A DNA stretch of 64,000 bases from the NCBI GenBank assembly GCA_964016885.1, contig OZ024743.1, positions 348,750,001-348,814,000 of the forward strand. The letters run 5' to 3'. Shown here piece after piece: positions 1 to 12,982 of this stretch. The notes under the pieces were generated by a model that was not told the DNA's origin, searched no databases, and was given only the letters and a program-made list of their open reading frames with translations. The stretch's first letter is position 1. Every line of letters begins with the position of its first letter. The stretch comes from Eledone cirrhosa. Lineage: Eukaryota. The position numbers and the translations under genes were made by a program.

Positions 1-1893
1 CCATCACCTCCACATAAACAACTTGTTACCGGACGAACAGAAAGGATGCCGAAAGAAGTCCCGTGGTACAAAAGACCAGTTACTTATTGATAAGATGGTA
101 ATGAGGAATTGCAAGAGGAGACACACTGGTCTTGCCATGGGATGGATAGATTACAAAAAGGCATTCGACATGGTACCTCATTCTTGGATAACCAAAAGCC
201 TAGAGATATTCAAGGTGGCAGATAACATCTGACAGTTGTTGAGCAAAAGTATAAAGTCCTGGGAAACAGAGTTAACATCGGGTGGAGAATCCTTGTGAGG
301 CGTGAAGATCAAGAGAGGTATCTTCCAGGGAGATAGTTTGTCTCTTTGTCCTTGCCCGTTACCCTGACCATGATATTGCGAAAGGTGAGAGCAGGATACA
401 AGTTGGGAAAAGGAGAGCTTACCATCAACCACCTCCTCTTCCCGGACGATCTTAAACTCTTTGGGAAGAGTGAGAAGGAGTTGGATGTAGTTGTTGAAAC
501 TCTCCGTATTTTCAGCAATGATATATGTATGCAATTTGGTATTAATAAGTGTGGAGTCCTAGTGATGAAGCGGGGTAAATTGAGCAGAAGCCACGGAATC
601 CATGTACCAACAGGTGAGATGATAAAGGAAATTGACACTGAAGAAGGATACAAATATGTAGGTGTTCTTGTGGTAGATGACATCAAGAACAAAAAAATGA
701 AGGAATTGATAAGATCTGAGTATATTAGGAGAGTAAGGAACGTATTAAAATCACATCTAAATAGTAGGAATGTCATAAGTGCAGTGAATTCCCGAGCTGT
801 ATCTATTATTAGGGAATTCTGAAATGGAATCTTGCTGAACAAAAAGAAATGGATAGGAAGAGTAGGAAGCTAATGACTATCTACAACATGTTCCACAAGA
901 GGAGTGATGTCGATAGACTCTACTTAAAGAAATCTGAAGGTGGAAGAGGTTTTATCAGCATAGAGGACTGTGTTCAGATGGAGAAAAACAACCTGCACAA
1001 ATACTTGCACAAACACTTGAGCCAATACTCAACATTGTACTGAAGGAGAAGACAATTGACCAGGGATGTCCAAGTAGGAAATAACCTTCATGAAAAACCC
1101 CTTCATAGTACCTTCTTTTAGAAAATTGAATTTAGAGATCCACAGATATGGAACTGGTTAAAAAGAGGAGACCTTAAAAATGCTACAGAAGGAATGCTAA
1201 TGGCTGCGCAAGAGCAGGCCCTCAGAACGAAGTGGGTGAAACACCATATTTACAAGGAGGAGGTTAGCCCACAGTGTAGGATCTGTGGGGAGAGAGAGGA
1301 GACTGTGGCTCATATTGTATCCGAGTGTAAACACCTAGCCCAGACTCACTATAAAGGTTGGAGACATTATGTGATGGGCTGGGTGATCCACTGGCACCTA
1401 TGCAAAGTAAACAATTTACCACATTCTGAGAAGTGGTGTGAGCATCAGCAAGAGTCGGTGATAGAAAACGATCAGGTGATGGTGCTATGGGATTTTAGGA
1501 TACAGCCAGACAAGAAATTAGCACACAATAAGCCTGACCTGGTGATTTTGGACAAGGAAAAAAGATCGTGCCTGATTGTAGATGTAGCCTGCCTATTTGA
1601 CACGAGAGTGCAAGAAAGGGAGAGGGAGAAAATTAACCGATACCAGGACTTAAAGTAGGAGGTAAAAAGGATTTGGAACTACCATGAAATCAAAGAACTA
1701 TGTCAAAGAGTTTCCAAAGATGGTTAAAGAAAATTGGTCCCGCCCCGCTTTTTGGAACACTTCAAAAGGCATACTTGCTGGGCACAGCATAAACCCTCCG
1801 ATATGTCCTGAATATCTGAGGCTGCAGGTAGCGGCTTGATATTCATTTCAACAAACTTTCCAGTTAACTAACATCAATGACTGAGACTCAAAG
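1..1893 (+). mobile_element. Decayed R4/Dong-clade non-LTR retrotransposon (RT + CCHC + restriction-like endonuclease), 3' part; window starts inside it
   Basis: Broken ORFs carry [59 protein letters not shown] and KPDLVIL..IVDVACLFD (PD..D REL motif). Stops and frameshifts present; ends in (AAT)n at about 1894. Confidence 0.9.
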
Positions 1894-1911
1894 AATAATA
1901 ATAATAATAAT

Positions 1912-2099
1912 AATTGTTTCTACTTTAGGCACAATTCCAGCAATTACCCTGTGCATCACTGGTACTTTATTTTATCGACCCCGTAAGGATGAAAGGCAAA
2001 GTCAACCTCGGCGGGATTTGAACTCAGATCGTAAAGGGACGTAACTATGCTGGAAAGCATGGCGTCCGACCCTCTACCTACGCTGCCAATCCACCGCCC
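1912..2099 (-). mobile_element. tRNA-derived SINE, family A (full length)
   Basis: Minus strand reads GGGCGGTGGATTGGCAG (A-box-like head), GAGTTCAAATCCC (B box), central GCCTTTCATCCTTACGGGGTCGATAAAATAAAGTACCAG and tail AGTAGAAACAATTAT. Confidence 0.9.
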
Positions 2100-2126
2100 A
2101 TAATAATAATAATAATGATAATAATA

Positions 2127-2258
2127 ATTGTTTCTACGTTTGGCACAAGGTCAGCAATTATCAAGTGCATTACTGGTACTTTATTTGATCGACCCCGTAA
2201 GGATGAAAGGCAAAGTTAACCTCGGCGGGATTTGAACTCAGAAGGGCAAGGGCCGTAA
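2127..2258 (-). mobile_element. SINE family A, 3' part (5' part displaced to 5223-5289 by a LINE insertion)
   Basis: Same core; stops at CAAGGGCCGTAA and resumes at 5223 CAAGGGCTGTAACTCTTTGC. Confidence 0.85.
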
Positions 2259-5222
2259 ATAAAATGGTTTCCTTGTTGAAAAAAAGGGCTAACATGAAGA
2301 AATACATTACAGACGGCACAGAACAGTACAGGACGATACAAAGTGGATTTTCGGTGTGTAAATAGGTTATAACAAGATAGAAATTCAAACAACAATTTCA
2401 AACAACAAAAATTCCCCAAGAAGGGGGCAAACCTTCGAGGGTCACTTGAGGTGAAAACCACACAAAAGACCACGGCCACCCTGACCACCAAGGCAGGCGC
2501 CCTCTCTCAGTTTTTCCACTCCTCAGACTACAAGCGCATACTCAGAGCGCGCTCGTTCACTCGGACCAGACACTCCAATTTTACCCACCTAACAACAAAC
2601 TTACTAGAAGACAGTACTTGCCTCTCCACTCTGATTTTCCTCTCGAAGTGAAATTTGAAAAAGTTAATCTGGGATTGGCCGGAGAGGAATGTGTCCGTCT
2701 TCAACCCTTTCAACCTTGTCCACCACATAATCTCTTTCGCCATAGTCACCAGGCACATGAAACTGCCTGCCCTTCCTCCTCTTTAAAGGAGGATGGCGGG
2801 GCTATCTGCACAATGGATTCGATAACCGGATCCGTCTTACAGGCGACAGCAGCTGTTCGACATAGCTCCACAAGTCAGCAATCCTCGGGCACTGAATGAG
2901 TGTGTGCAGCACGGTTTCGTCGCCGTGCGGGCATGTCGGACAGGCTCGGCTGATAGAACCTCCGTGCCTGTAGAGCTTATGGTGAACCGGCAACGCTCCC
3001 CGTTAGCACAGGCCAGGGATTTCTGGAAGTTGTCCACAGACCTCGGTCTAAAAGTTCTCCTGAAGAGAGCGAACAGCTGATCGTCTTCGACACATAGGGC
3101 CTCCCCGAGGACGTCGTCGCTGTTTCCCTCCACTAGCCCTCTATAGAACGCCGAGGTCGATGTTCCAACGATACTAGTGGCTAGCTGGTAGAGGGCGGTG
3201 AGCGATTGGAGACATTCCAGCTTCCACGCGCTATCCCTCGGTCTTTTCCTGATCCAGGACTGCAGCTCCGTCAAGGAGACGAGCTGTGGGAAAAGCTCGT
3301 CTGAAAAACGGTGACCACACCTTTTAACCGTCAAGGAAGCACCAGAATTGTCGCAGCCACAGCGTATGTTTGCGCATCATCAGCCACGGCATACCTTATT
3401 GCCAACGCAACGGGTGTTGACAGCAAGCAGATAGTCTGACCATGGGAGCACATCTCTTCCACAAAAAGCGCAAGAAAAGGCGCTCCATTTTGGTCAGAGT
3501 TAGGCGGGGGCAAGTTACGATGGCCAGGAGTAGCAGATGACGGAGGCGAGGTACGCATTCACCACCTCGGCCCGACCTTTCAGAGACAGCCTCCTCTGGG
3601 TCCATTTCTGGGTGAGTAAGGCCACCCTGCAGTCACCTAGCTCCAGCTTTTCTCCATCTGGAGGCCCGGACCGAGCCAGAACTCGAGCAATTTAACCGGT
3701 CCTTCCGTCCAGTACCCACAACGCTTTCGGACCGCATGGACTTGCCTCTCCAGGTGCCGAGTTTCAGGCCCACCGATTTTTCCTGCTTTATCTTTGCTCC
3801 TGTCACCGCTTCGTATTGCTTGAGAGCGGTGCCGAGTAGCTGGACGTGTTCGCGTGGGACCCCCTCCCGCCCCTGATGGTCTCCAATTTGTGTAGTAACG
3901 GCTCGAGGGCCAGTACGTACAAGAGGGTCGAGAGGGGCAAACCTGGCGGACCGAGCGCATGATGCTGAAAGGCTGCGACAGGTGACCATTCACTCTCACA
4001 ATCGAGCAGATATCGCTGTGCATCGCAGCGATCCAGCCCCTAAAAACGGGCCCGAAGCCGGCCGCTTCGAGGACCGCAGACAGGTATCGATGGTCGACCC
4101 TATCAAATGCTTTAGATTGATCGAAGTTGATGAAGGCCCCTACCCGTACCAGTTTCCTTATCCACCCTCTCTATGATGTATCGCATGAGATGGAAGTTGT
4201 CGTGGATGGATCTGTCCAGAATGGCGCATCTCTGCGCCTCTTCCCCCCACCAGAGCACCGAGGAGAAGCGTTAATCTCTTTGATAACACATTGGCCAAAA
4301 TCTTAAACTCTGTGTTTAGCAGAATTATTGCCTTAAAGGTGTCTATAACGTCCCCACTTGTTCGGGTCTTTTCTCAACAGCGCCACCGCTCCCCGGCTCA
4401 CAAAACTGGGAATGTCCCGTGCTGCTGCCAGTTGCAGTAGGCATGTGCCAAGAGGTCACCGAACAAATCTGGCATGTACGCATAAACTCGTAGGGCAGAC
4501 CATTCAAACCTGGCAACATATCCATCTCGCATTCAGACATCTCTTCCCGTATTTCACCAGCTGTTATCGGCTTTTCGCAGCCCTGTGCTGCGGTCGTCGA
4601 GAGCCGCGGCAGTCCGTAGAGGTATTCACCGAATTCCATACACCATTGTGGCCCGCTGTCGCTCCTGAAAAGTTGAGCAAAATGTTGTTGAAATGCTGCA
4701 CATATCTGCTCGGGACCGAGCAACATCCCCCTGTTTTGATGAGGCAAAGACCGAATTGTGGATTTGTTGCCCCACCCGTGCCCATTGTACGGCTTTCGAC
4801 CCCTCGTGTCTCAAAGCACTTGCTCTAGCTCTGACAACGCATCCTTCATGCTTTGCGTTGAAGAATTGTTCGAGTGCCATTCTCACCGAAAGCACGTCAG
4901 TTTCGATGCCTGTCCTAAACGCCTCTTCTTGCTTTCTAACTAGCTCTCCCTCTTCTCTATATTCCACAATCACTACTCCTTTGCGAAACCTTATCGATTC
5001 TACTCTAATAGCCCTTTTCAGTGAAAACCACCACCTGTTGTTGACGATCGTACCTGTCAACGCACGCTTAACTAATTCGCTAATCCAGTCTATGTAAGCT
5101 TCCCGCGCTAGGAACGATCGTTCAGCTTCCAGCAACCAGGCACTTGCCTGTGGAGTCTATCTAAGCCAACTTCACAAATGTGTGGTCGGTGTAGTTGACT
5201 ACTTTAAACTGTGGACAACCCA
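2259..5222 (-). mobile_element. Decayed Tx1/L1-like LINE ORF2 (linker, RT, C-terminal CCHC), 5'-truncated, 12-bp TSD
   Basis: Minus-strand fragments WWFSLKRAIR, PGLNGLPYEF, AFDRVDHRYL, SVRQVCP, CPTCPHGDETVLHTLIQCP. Flanked by CAAGGGCYGTAA at 2247-2258 and 5223-5234. Confidence 0.85.
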
Positions 5223-5289
5223 CAAGGGCTGTAACTCTTTGCTGTAAAGCATGGCGTCAAACCCTCTACCAATACTGCCAATCCACCAC
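5223..5289 (-). mobile_element. SINE family A, 5' head
   Basis: Contains GCATGGCGTC..CCCTCTACCAATACTGCCAATCCACC, the reverse complement of the family head. Confidence 0.8.
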
Positions 5290-5576
5290 CAATAATTGTT
5301 TCTACTTTTGGCACAATAATATGTTGGTATATATCTATAACTATATATATATATATCTATATATATAAATAATGTTCTCAAAACTTTCAGCAGGTATCAG
5401 CGAGCAGAATACACAATCTTGACAAAGAGCAAAACACTCGATTGTTTTGTCTCAGCAATCGCTGGAATTATAAAAATTCAACCATCCTTTCTCCCATATA
5501 CCCTCTAGCGCTTTAAACCATTAAGCCAGGTGACCGTCACACCTCATATCCTCGTGAATTAAGTAGCTAAATGATA

Positions 5577-5975
5577 GCTTTTAAATTTAAACAAACATCG
5601 TATATAGGTAGCCGACCTCTCAGACATTCGCAAAGCACAACCAGGACAATGTTCATATGTATGGTGGTGTACTCAGTCGATGTGATTAAATGCTGTGATT
5701 CAATTGCTTAATTTAAGACGGTAAGAGTTGTCAAGGTCCCATAGTCTAATGATTCAAAGCGCTGGTTTTGGGAGATACGAGGTTCAAACTCTAGTAGCCC
5801 TCGGTGGCTTCTTCTCTTCCGTCTCTTAGGTGTTTTCACTCGATTTTTGTAAACTATATTATAGGATCTTGCCGCATGAAAACATTTATTTTTATGTCAA
5901 TATTGTCCCATCAACTCTTCGTAAAAGTCCGAGAGCTCGGCTATGTATATACGATGTTTGTTTACATTTAAAAGC
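5577..5975. repeat. Inverted repeat, about 50-bp arms (5577-5627 and 5924-5975)
   Basis: GCTTTTAAATTTAAACAAACATCGTATATAGGTAGCCGACCTCTC pairs with GAGAGCTCGGCTATGTATATACGATGTTTGTTTACATTTAAAAGC. Confidence 0.8.
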
Positions 5976-6813
5976 CGTTATGAGACCATTGGTTTAATGT
6001 TTCACAGTGCTTTCCCAGCAACTGGGAAATACGAGGTTCGTTTCCTCAAAGAGGCCGATGGTGACTTCTTTTTCCGTCTATATATATCTTCAACTTATTA
6101 AAGAAGATATTTTGAAGCATCTCTGCGCATGAACATACGGCTCTTTGTAGTGTAAAACGAGTTTACCCTCTCGTCAACAGCCGCTTATACATCCTCAACA
6201 TGATTGCCTTAAAATTGTATTTAAAGCCTCTAAATTCTAGCACTATACAAAAAGTCTGGAACCTCATATTATGCTGTTTCAAATAGTGTTGTTCTGAACA
6301 TACGTAATTGGAAAATATATTATGTTAATTCCTATAAACATGTAAAACTTTTAAATTTCTGTCCACATGAAATCATGCAACCTAATTTAACGGAGAAAAC
6401 TCTGGCCCTTACTGCTATAATTTGTTCGTGAAATTTCTCAACGTTCAGAAAATCTCTCATTGGGCCTTCTCCAAAATAATGATATACAAATGCGTTGGAC
6501 ATACATGTTTTTATTTTTCTTAATAACGTGTGTGGATGGGGAAGATCTTGGCCTCCTCTATATATTCTTTGACATAATCTTGGTGATTAGTTTGATTAAA
6601 TAAATTGACGTGTTAGCAGTGTTTGATTTCGATGCTAGTGCTTTATATGCCAAAGAATGGGTTTCTTTTAACAGTGAATTTGTATAAAATCAAAAAGAGA
6701 GTCTTTACGACTGTCCGATGTGTCTAATTAATTTTAATTAAGTTACACATGGTGAGACGGCTAAGAATGTATGTAACACAGGCACACACGCGCGCACACA
6801 CATACACACACAT

Positions 6814-6847
<34 letters not shown>

Positions 6848-7749
6848 GTACATATATAGTTAAAGATGTTGTAAAACGTTTCGTTGACACTTCGTCTATT
6901 AACTGCTTGTAAATAAATAAAAATAAAATATAAGAAAAAAAATGAATACTGAGTCAATTTCATAATAATAAAAAAAAAGGATATTTACTTCACTAGACGT
7001 ATCAAGATTTTTTTTTTTTACTATGTGGATAGCTCTGCATGTATTCTGAATACGATATATATAAATTTAGGGACATAAAGTTATGTATGAAATGAGAGAT
7101 GTCACAAGATAACGAAGAATGCAGTTTAAATGACTAGTATCTAGAATGATTTCTAGTATTTACTTTCCAATTTAACATATTGAAATATTTCCTTATCGTC
7201 ACAATGATGAAACAGCTTGCTAATTTGCAAACTAATTAATAAAGAAACAACACCTGAACTTGGTGAAACCTGTGCATATACCATATACCACAGATAATAT
7301 CTCTAGATCTTTGTACCATTTATATTGAATTATTATGATAAATTAACAATAGTGATCTTGGACTGCAACACGATCAATTTAATGTATATCTCTACATCAG
7401 CTTATCTATTTTGATATCTAAAAAGTATTGAAGATAAAATTAACATTAATAGTTAAAAAGGTATATGTAAATTTTAAACATTTGTCCACAAGGCCCTATG
7501 GATTTACAAATAACATTAACAAAAAACATATCAAACAAAGCATAGTAGGAAAGTTTCGACCTTTTATATTTTGTGTTCAAATCTTTCCCTTGTTAAGTAT
7601 CTCTTTTTATCAATTATTGAGCCAAGGAACGAGCTTCTATGCCATCGTTCTCTCAATTCACGCCATCCTGCCTTAGCAAATATTATTTAAGTAATATGAA
7701 CCTATGTTCCATGCACAGATAAAAGACAGGGTTACTATGGTTGAAATGT

Positions 7750-9190
7750 ATTGTTAGGTCGTGGTTTATCCTGAAAAGGGCAATTAGAGTAGAATCGATA
7801 AGGTTAGGCAAAGGAGTAGCTAAATATAGTAGAGCGAGAACTAATTAGAAAGCAAGAAGAGGCGTTTAGGACAGGCATCGCAACCGACGCGCTTGCAGGC
7901 GAATAGGCACTCGACTAATTCTTCAACACAAATCACGAAGGCTGCGTTGTCAGACCTAGAGCGCGTACTCTGAGACACGAGGGACGAAAGCCGTCTAATG
8001 GACCTGGGTGGCAACAAATCCACAATTCCGGCTTTACCTGACCAAAACGGGCGCATGCTGCTCAAACTCCTGCAGATGTGGGAGGCTTTTAAACAGCATT
8101 TTCTCAACTGTTCGGGAGCAGCGGCGGGCAGGATCGGAGTAGGGACTTCGGTGCATACATCGAAGGACTGTCGCGACTCTCGACGGACTGCCGCGGTTCT
8201 CGACGACTGCAGCACAGTGCTGCGAAAAGCTGATAACAGCAGGTGAAATGAGGAAGGGATGTCTGACTGCACGAGGGGCAAATCACCAGGTTTGTATGGT
8301 CTGCCCTACAAGCTTTATGCGTACATACCAGACTTGTTTGGGGACCTCTTTGCAGACGTCTACTGCAACTAGCAGTAGAACGGGAGCATTCACAGTTTTG
8401 TAAGCCTAGGAGCGGTGGTTTCTGCTGATAAAAAACCCGAACAAGGGCGACGTTCTAGACAACTTCAGGCCAATGATTCTGCTAAACGCAGTGTTCAAGA
8501 TGTTGGCCAACGTATTAGCAAAGAGATTGACGCTTGTCGTCGGTGATCTGGTGGGAGAGGCGCAGACATGCGCCATTCCGGACAGATCCATCTACAACAA
8601 CATCCACCTCATGCGATACATCATGGACAGGGTGGTTAAGGAATCTGGCATGGGTGGGGACCTGATCAACTTAGATCAATCTAAAGCATTTGAAATGGTG
8701 GACCATCGGTTCATGGCGGTAGTCCCCGAGGCGGCCGGCTTCGGTCCCATTTTCAGGGGTTGGTTCGCTGCGATGAACAGCGAAATCTACTCGCTTATGC
8801 GGATGAATGGTCACCTGACACAGCAATTCAGCATCACGAACTCGGTCCGCCAGGGTTGTACACTCTCGTCCCTCTTGTAGGTATTGGCCCTCGAGCCGTT
8901 ACTGCACAAGTTGGAGACGATGAGGGGCGTCCCACACGAACTAGTATGCGGGAGATCCGTACAGGCTTACGCTGTCGGTCGATGTCACCGTGCTAGTGTC
9001 GAGGACCAGACACGTCCAGACGCTCGGCATCGCTCTCAAGGAATACGAAGTGGTGACAGGAACAAAGATAAGCCAGGAAAAATAAGTGGGGTTGCAGCTC
9101 GGCACCTGGAGAGGCAAGTCCATGCCGATCGAAAAAAATAATATGGCGGAGCCACTCTAGCCAGCTTTCAGTTTGCTGTCGTGCGATAGC
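7750..9190 (+). mobile_element. Decayed Tx1/L1-like LINE ORF2 fragment (same family as 2259-5222)
   Basis: KSPGLYGLPY, NFRPMILLNAVFKMLANVLAKRL, LINLDQSKAFEMVDHRF, NSVRQGCTLSSLL; clear nucleotide similarity to the minus-strand copy. Confidence 0.85.
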
Positions 9191-9559
9191 GAGTGAAACG
9201 CAGCCCCTCCCGCAACAGTTGCAAAATGTAACAACACTTCTAACCGCACCACCACCACCACCACCACCAACAACAGCAACAACAACAACAACAACAGTGA
9301 GAAAACTAAATATGACAACACCAACAACAGCAGCAACAGCGACATTACCCAAAAGAGTTAAAACAGAGTCGTGAACAAGAACGACTAGATTACCAACAAC
9401 GACAGCAACACCAACAACTGTAATGATCACAACAATAGTAAGAACAATGACACCAACAACAACAACAGCAAGAATAACAACACCAATAACAACAGCGAAA
9501 ATGACAACAAATATAACTATCTGAAATACAGTGACAACCACCACAACAGCAACATTACG

Positions 9560-9800
9560 TCATTAAGGAGATGGCTCCATATGATCGGCCAAGAGGAAAT
9601 CAACACATGCCGTCTGTGCGGAGAGGAAGAAGAATCCTTCGAACATCTTTGGATGAGATGTCAGGCCTTGATGGTGGATTGTTATCACCACCAACTCGGC
9701 TTCAGCATGGATGAACTCGTGCGTCTCCCACACGCCAGTCTAGCGCTACTGAGGGTAATCCTCACGCACATGCGGTAAGAAAAAATAAAATAAAACAGCA
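9560..9800 (+). mobile_element. 3' end of a different LINE (C-terminal CCHC knuckle, A-rich tail)
   Basis: CRLCGEEEESFEHLWMRC then a stop followed by GAAAAAATAAAATAAAAC. Confidence 0.6.
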
Positions 9801-9959
9801 ACAACAACAAAAGCAGCAGTAACGACGAAGCCACACGACAGATAGAGCCGCCCAGGATACATCATTCGCGAAGGCTGCCAAAAATGTTAAAACGAGTACG
9901 CATTAGCTACACGGAAATGATGCAAGCCAAGGTGTTGGTAAAAGAAAAACGGACACAGG

Positions 9960-10640
9960 GTAAGAATCACCCACCCGACGTCATGAAAAACCGACGGTTT
10001 GCAACCGTACACCTGGACTGAATTCGCGCTAGGTGGAATGGGCGAGCTAGTCGCAGATCCAAAGTGCTATGGGTGCCGTTTGGGCACAGAAAACCTATAT
10101 AGACCAATGGATGTTTTCTTCGCTACACCCGAAGATGCCAGAGTTTGGTCCATTACACCACTCTGCAGTGACGAAATAGTGATGGTGACCACATACTCCA
10201 GCGAGAGAGTGACCCAGGTTCCGCCCTCAGGGGAGATCGCTTGGCTGATGGCGGCCGTCCTCACTGAGGTCGAGGAGTCAACAACAATCCTAGACGTCAT
10301 GCGTATAATGCAGGAAAAATGGTCAGGCTCAGGGATGGAGCTAATCAGCCAACGAAACCATGAAAGCATAGAGGCTATCTCCGACGAGATCGACCTGGAC
10401 GGCGGCAGCCATCTACCCGTGACAGTGGAAGGTAGGCGGCCAAGGTGTGATGGGTGCAGAGACAAAACACACCTTAAATCCTTTCACCCTACAAGGTGGC
10501 CCACGACTGATGTGGCCAAACCACCCGAAGCCGCTGTGGCAGAAAAACAACCAGTGCCAAGCAACACCAACAATAAAAATACCATCTCCACCACTAACAA
10601 CGCCAACGAGAAAAGATGATGAAAAAAACAAAAAAAATAA
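9960..10640 (+). mobile_element. Decayed LINE ORF1-like (gag-type zinc knuckle) region
   Basis: LPVTVEGRRPRCDGCRDKTHLKSFHP resembles a degenerate CX2CX4HX4C knuckle; followed by a T/N-rich tail and directly upstream of an ORF2 fragment. Confidence 0.5.
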
Positions 10641-10699
10641 TAAGTGTACGACCCTACCGCCATCATCATCAACAGCCACACCCCCACTACCACCTACAC

Positions 10700-12330
10700 A
10701 ATCAGAGCTAGGGCGCGTGCTCTCAGACACGAGTGGACGAAAGATTTTCGATGGGCCCGAGTGGCGGAGGCACATCATAGCAACGAAGCCACGATCCGGT
10801 TTTTGGAGGACCAAGACGGACGCATGTTACTCGACTTCGGGAAAATGTGTACGGTTTTTCAGCGACACTTCACACAGCTCTTCGGATGCATGTCGGGTTG
10901 GATCGCGGGATCGATATTACAGCCTACCTCGATGGATTGCCGTGGCTCTCAGCTACTGAGGTGGATCATTGCGAAAAGCTAATAACAGCTGCTGAAGTAC
11001 GTGAGGCAATGACTGACTGCACGAAGGGTAAATCGCCTCGTTTGGATGGTCTGCCCTACGAGCTTTCCGTATATATGCCACATTGTTCGGCGACCTCTTC
11101 GTGGAGGTATACTGCAACTGGAAGCAGAACGGAAGAATTCCTAACTCTCTGAGCAGAGGAGAAATGGCGCTGCTGATAAAGGACCCGAACGAGGGGGGCA
11201 ACATACATAATTTGATCCATAAAATATGGTCAATACATAAGATAAACGCAGAGTTCAACATTTTAGCCAGGGTGCTAGCAACGAGGTAGGGGCTTGTCAC
11301 CGGTGGTCTGGTGGATGAGGCACAGACATGTGACATTCGAGACACATCCAAACACGACAACCTCCAGTTCATACGATACACCATGAGCACAACAACCTCC
11401 AGTTCATACGATACACCATGGAGAGGGCAGCTAATGAAACTGGCACTGGCGGGACTTTGATCTATTTTCATCTGTCGAATCCTTTCGATAGTGTTGATCA
11501 TTGTTATCGGGCGGAGCACCTGAGGGCGGCCGGATTTGGCCCGTCTTCAGTGGTGGATCGCTGCCATGATCAGCGACCTGCTCTGTGGTGAGAGTGAACG
11601 GTCAACTTTCTGAACCCTTCAAAATTATGCGCTCGGTCCAGCAATTATGTCCCCTCGCATCCCTGTTGTAGGTATTGATTCACGAGCCATTACTGCACAA
11701 ATTGGAGACGTTGAGGACGGAAAGATTGGTTAAATTGTTAGGGGTCTGGTTCGGTCCAGACCTTCAGACGGACAAAAACTGGAACGAGGTGACGAACAGG
11801 CTGGACTCTCTCACCCAGAAATGGGCTGAGGGGAAGCTATTCCTGAAAGGTCGAGTGGAGGTGGTGAACGCGTACATCGCATTCCTCATCTACTACCACC
11901 TGACCGCCTAAGACTGCGCCTAAGACTGCGCTGGAGCGTTTGCTCTTTCGCTTTTTGTGGACGGGACGCACTCCGATGGTCAGGTGGCCATCTGTAGTCC
12001 CCACCCGCTACGCCGAGGGGTGGGCATGCCGTGACTGATGATGCGCAGACATGGAATAAGGCTACGGCAACTCCACCACTTCCTCGACTGTGAACAGGTG
12101 TGGTCGCCGTTTGCAAGACACGCTTTCCCTCAGCTCGTCTCCTTGACGGAACTGCAGTTCTGGGTCAAGTGAAGACCAAAAAGGAGCGCTTGGAGATTGG
12201 AATGTCTTCAGGCGCTCACAGCTATCTACCAATCGGGCGATGCGATCGGTGGAAACTCCACATTAGCGTTCTATAGAGGGTTAGTAGAGAGAAAGAGCGA
12301 CGACATGCTTGGGAAGACTATAGGCGTTAT
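10700..12330 (+). mobile_element. Decayed Tx1/L1-like LINE ORF2 fragment (third copy, internal deletions)
   Basis: IRARARALRHE, KGKSPRLDGLPYEL, NAEFNILARVLATR, VKLLGVWFGPDLQ, LECLQALTAIYQ match the other two copies. Confidence 0.85.
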
Positions 12331-12770
12331 ATTGGTTCAACGTTCATCGATTTTATTATGGCTTCTATATTTTTGTTATAAACTATAATAAAGAAAGGAT
12401 TGCGGGACTGCATCCAGAATATAATTTGTTATCCAGTTTGTAAAATAAGGTGGATTACTTTGAATAAATAATGAATGAATATTACATAATTTATCTACTA
12501 AATTTCATAACACATGATTAAACATATATTAAAAGTATTATTTCATAGTTCAAGACTCACTCCTTTTAAAAGTTTCAAATTTCAATACTTCCGGTATATC
12601 TAAACGATATATATAGACAGAGAGTGAAAGAGAAAGATGAAGCGATTTGGATTTGTTCAACACACTGATGTGTGTGTGTGTGCCTGTATGTTGTTGTTCT
12701 TTGATTTTATAAAATTGCGAGAGCGAGAAATAGAGATTGTATGTGTGAGTATATACAGAGAGTAGTGACT

Positions 12771-12811
<41 letters not shown>

Positions 12812-12818
<7 letters not shown>

Positions 12819-12982
12819 ATCAAAAGATGGTTAAAGGAGTTCCATGTATTTTAATAAAATACATGGAACTCCTTTAACCATCTTTTGATCTTATATTATG
12901 TATACTCCAGTCCTACAAACTGTAGAGTGCTTCTTATCCGATATCTGCATTGCTTTATTGTACTACAATATAACTCACCTCC

